Origin: Chthoniobacterales bacterium
GTDB taxonomy: Bacteria; Verrucomicrobiota; Verrucomicrobiia; Chthoniobacterales; Chthoniobacteraceae
Length of the DNA: 64,000 nucleotides
Direction of reading: 5' to 3'
NCBI GenBank assembly: GCA_038207335.1
Contig: JBBQZX010000002.1
Coordinates: 256,001-320,000 of the forward strand
The translations under genes and the position numbers were made by a program. The notes beneath the pieces were generated by a model that did no database searches, was not told the DNA's origin, and saw nothing but the letters and a program-made list of their open reading frames with translations. Of this stretch, positions 63,207 through 64,000 are shown piece by piece (positions within the stretch are counted from its first letter, which is position 1; each line of letters opens with the position of its first letter).

Positions 63207-64000
63207 AAAGCTACCATCTCGACCACCTCGAGCATCTCGAAACCGAGGCGATTCACATCATGCGCGAGGTCGCGGCGGAGTTCGAGCGGCCCGCAATTTT
63301 GTTTTCAGGCGGGAAGGATTCCATCTGCTTGCTTCGGCTTGCGGAGAAGGCATTTCGCCCTTCCGAGCTGCCAATGCCGCTGCTGAATGTCGATACCGGC
63401 CACCACTTTCCCGAGCTGAATACTTTCCGCGACCACCGTGCGGCGCAGCTCGGCGGACGGCTCATCATTCGCAAAGTGGAGGACTCAATCGCGAATGGCA
63501 CGGCGATGCCGACGCCGGGCGAGATCAGTCGCAACCGCCTGCAAATCCCGACGCTGCTCGCGGCGATCGAGGAGTTCGGCTTTGACTGCTGCATCGGCGG
63601 CGCTCGGCGCGATGAGGAAAAGGCGCGGGCGAAGGAGCGCTTCCTCAGCTTTCGCGACGCCTTTGGCCAGTGGGATCCGAAGAACCAGCGCCCGGAAATC
63701 TGGAATCTCTACAACGCTCGCGTGAATCCGGGGGAGAACATGCGCGCTTTTCCGCTCTCGAATTGGACGGAGATGGACGTGTGGGAATACATCAAGCGCG
63801 AGCAACTCGAGGTGCCGACGATCTATTTCAGCCACACGCGCCAGTGCGTGCGCCGTGGCGGCCAATGGCTCCCGGTGACCGACCTCATGCCGCCGAAAGA
63901 AAAGGAAGACGTAAAGGAACTCGTCGTCCGCGTCCGTACGATCGGCGACATCATCAGCACTGGCATGGTGGAAAGTCCGGCCAATACGGTCGATGACATC
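63203..64000 (+). CDS. cysD: Sulfate adenylyltransferase subunit 2, 3' end runs off the window
   Basis: [64 protein letters not shown]. Confidence 0.96.
   Translation, partial: [266 protein letters not shown]

Overview
GC-rich bacterial chromosome segment, most consistent with a Chthoniobacterales/Spartobacteria-like verrucomicrobium (inferred from the PEP-CTERM protein, LEPRxLL-like giant proteins, DUF1592 protein and SecA with a long insertion). Core genes are purS-purQ, rpsA, recO, prc, exbBD, guaB, ridA-pyrE-secA, accBC, sdhCAB, rph and cysH-cysD. Accessory modules are a FecR/beta-barrel/CHASE2-kinase locus with a decayed tandem duplication, a PEP-CTERM beta-repeat protein, two paralogous giant Gly-rich proteins downstream of a DUF3467 gene, a three-gene pseudopilin cassette and a degenerate integron-cassette-like insert. 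The most unusual signal is non-coding. Two intergenic sites (about 46.9-47.2 kb and 57.5-57.8 kb) each carry about nine phased 21-bp repeats of unrelated unit sequence followed by the same 24-bp motif (23/24 identical). At both sites the + strand flips from C-rich to G-rich over several kb, whatever the gene orientation. No rRNA, tRNA, CRISPR array, transposase or integrase was recognised. All family assignments are from motif recognition by eye, not database searches.
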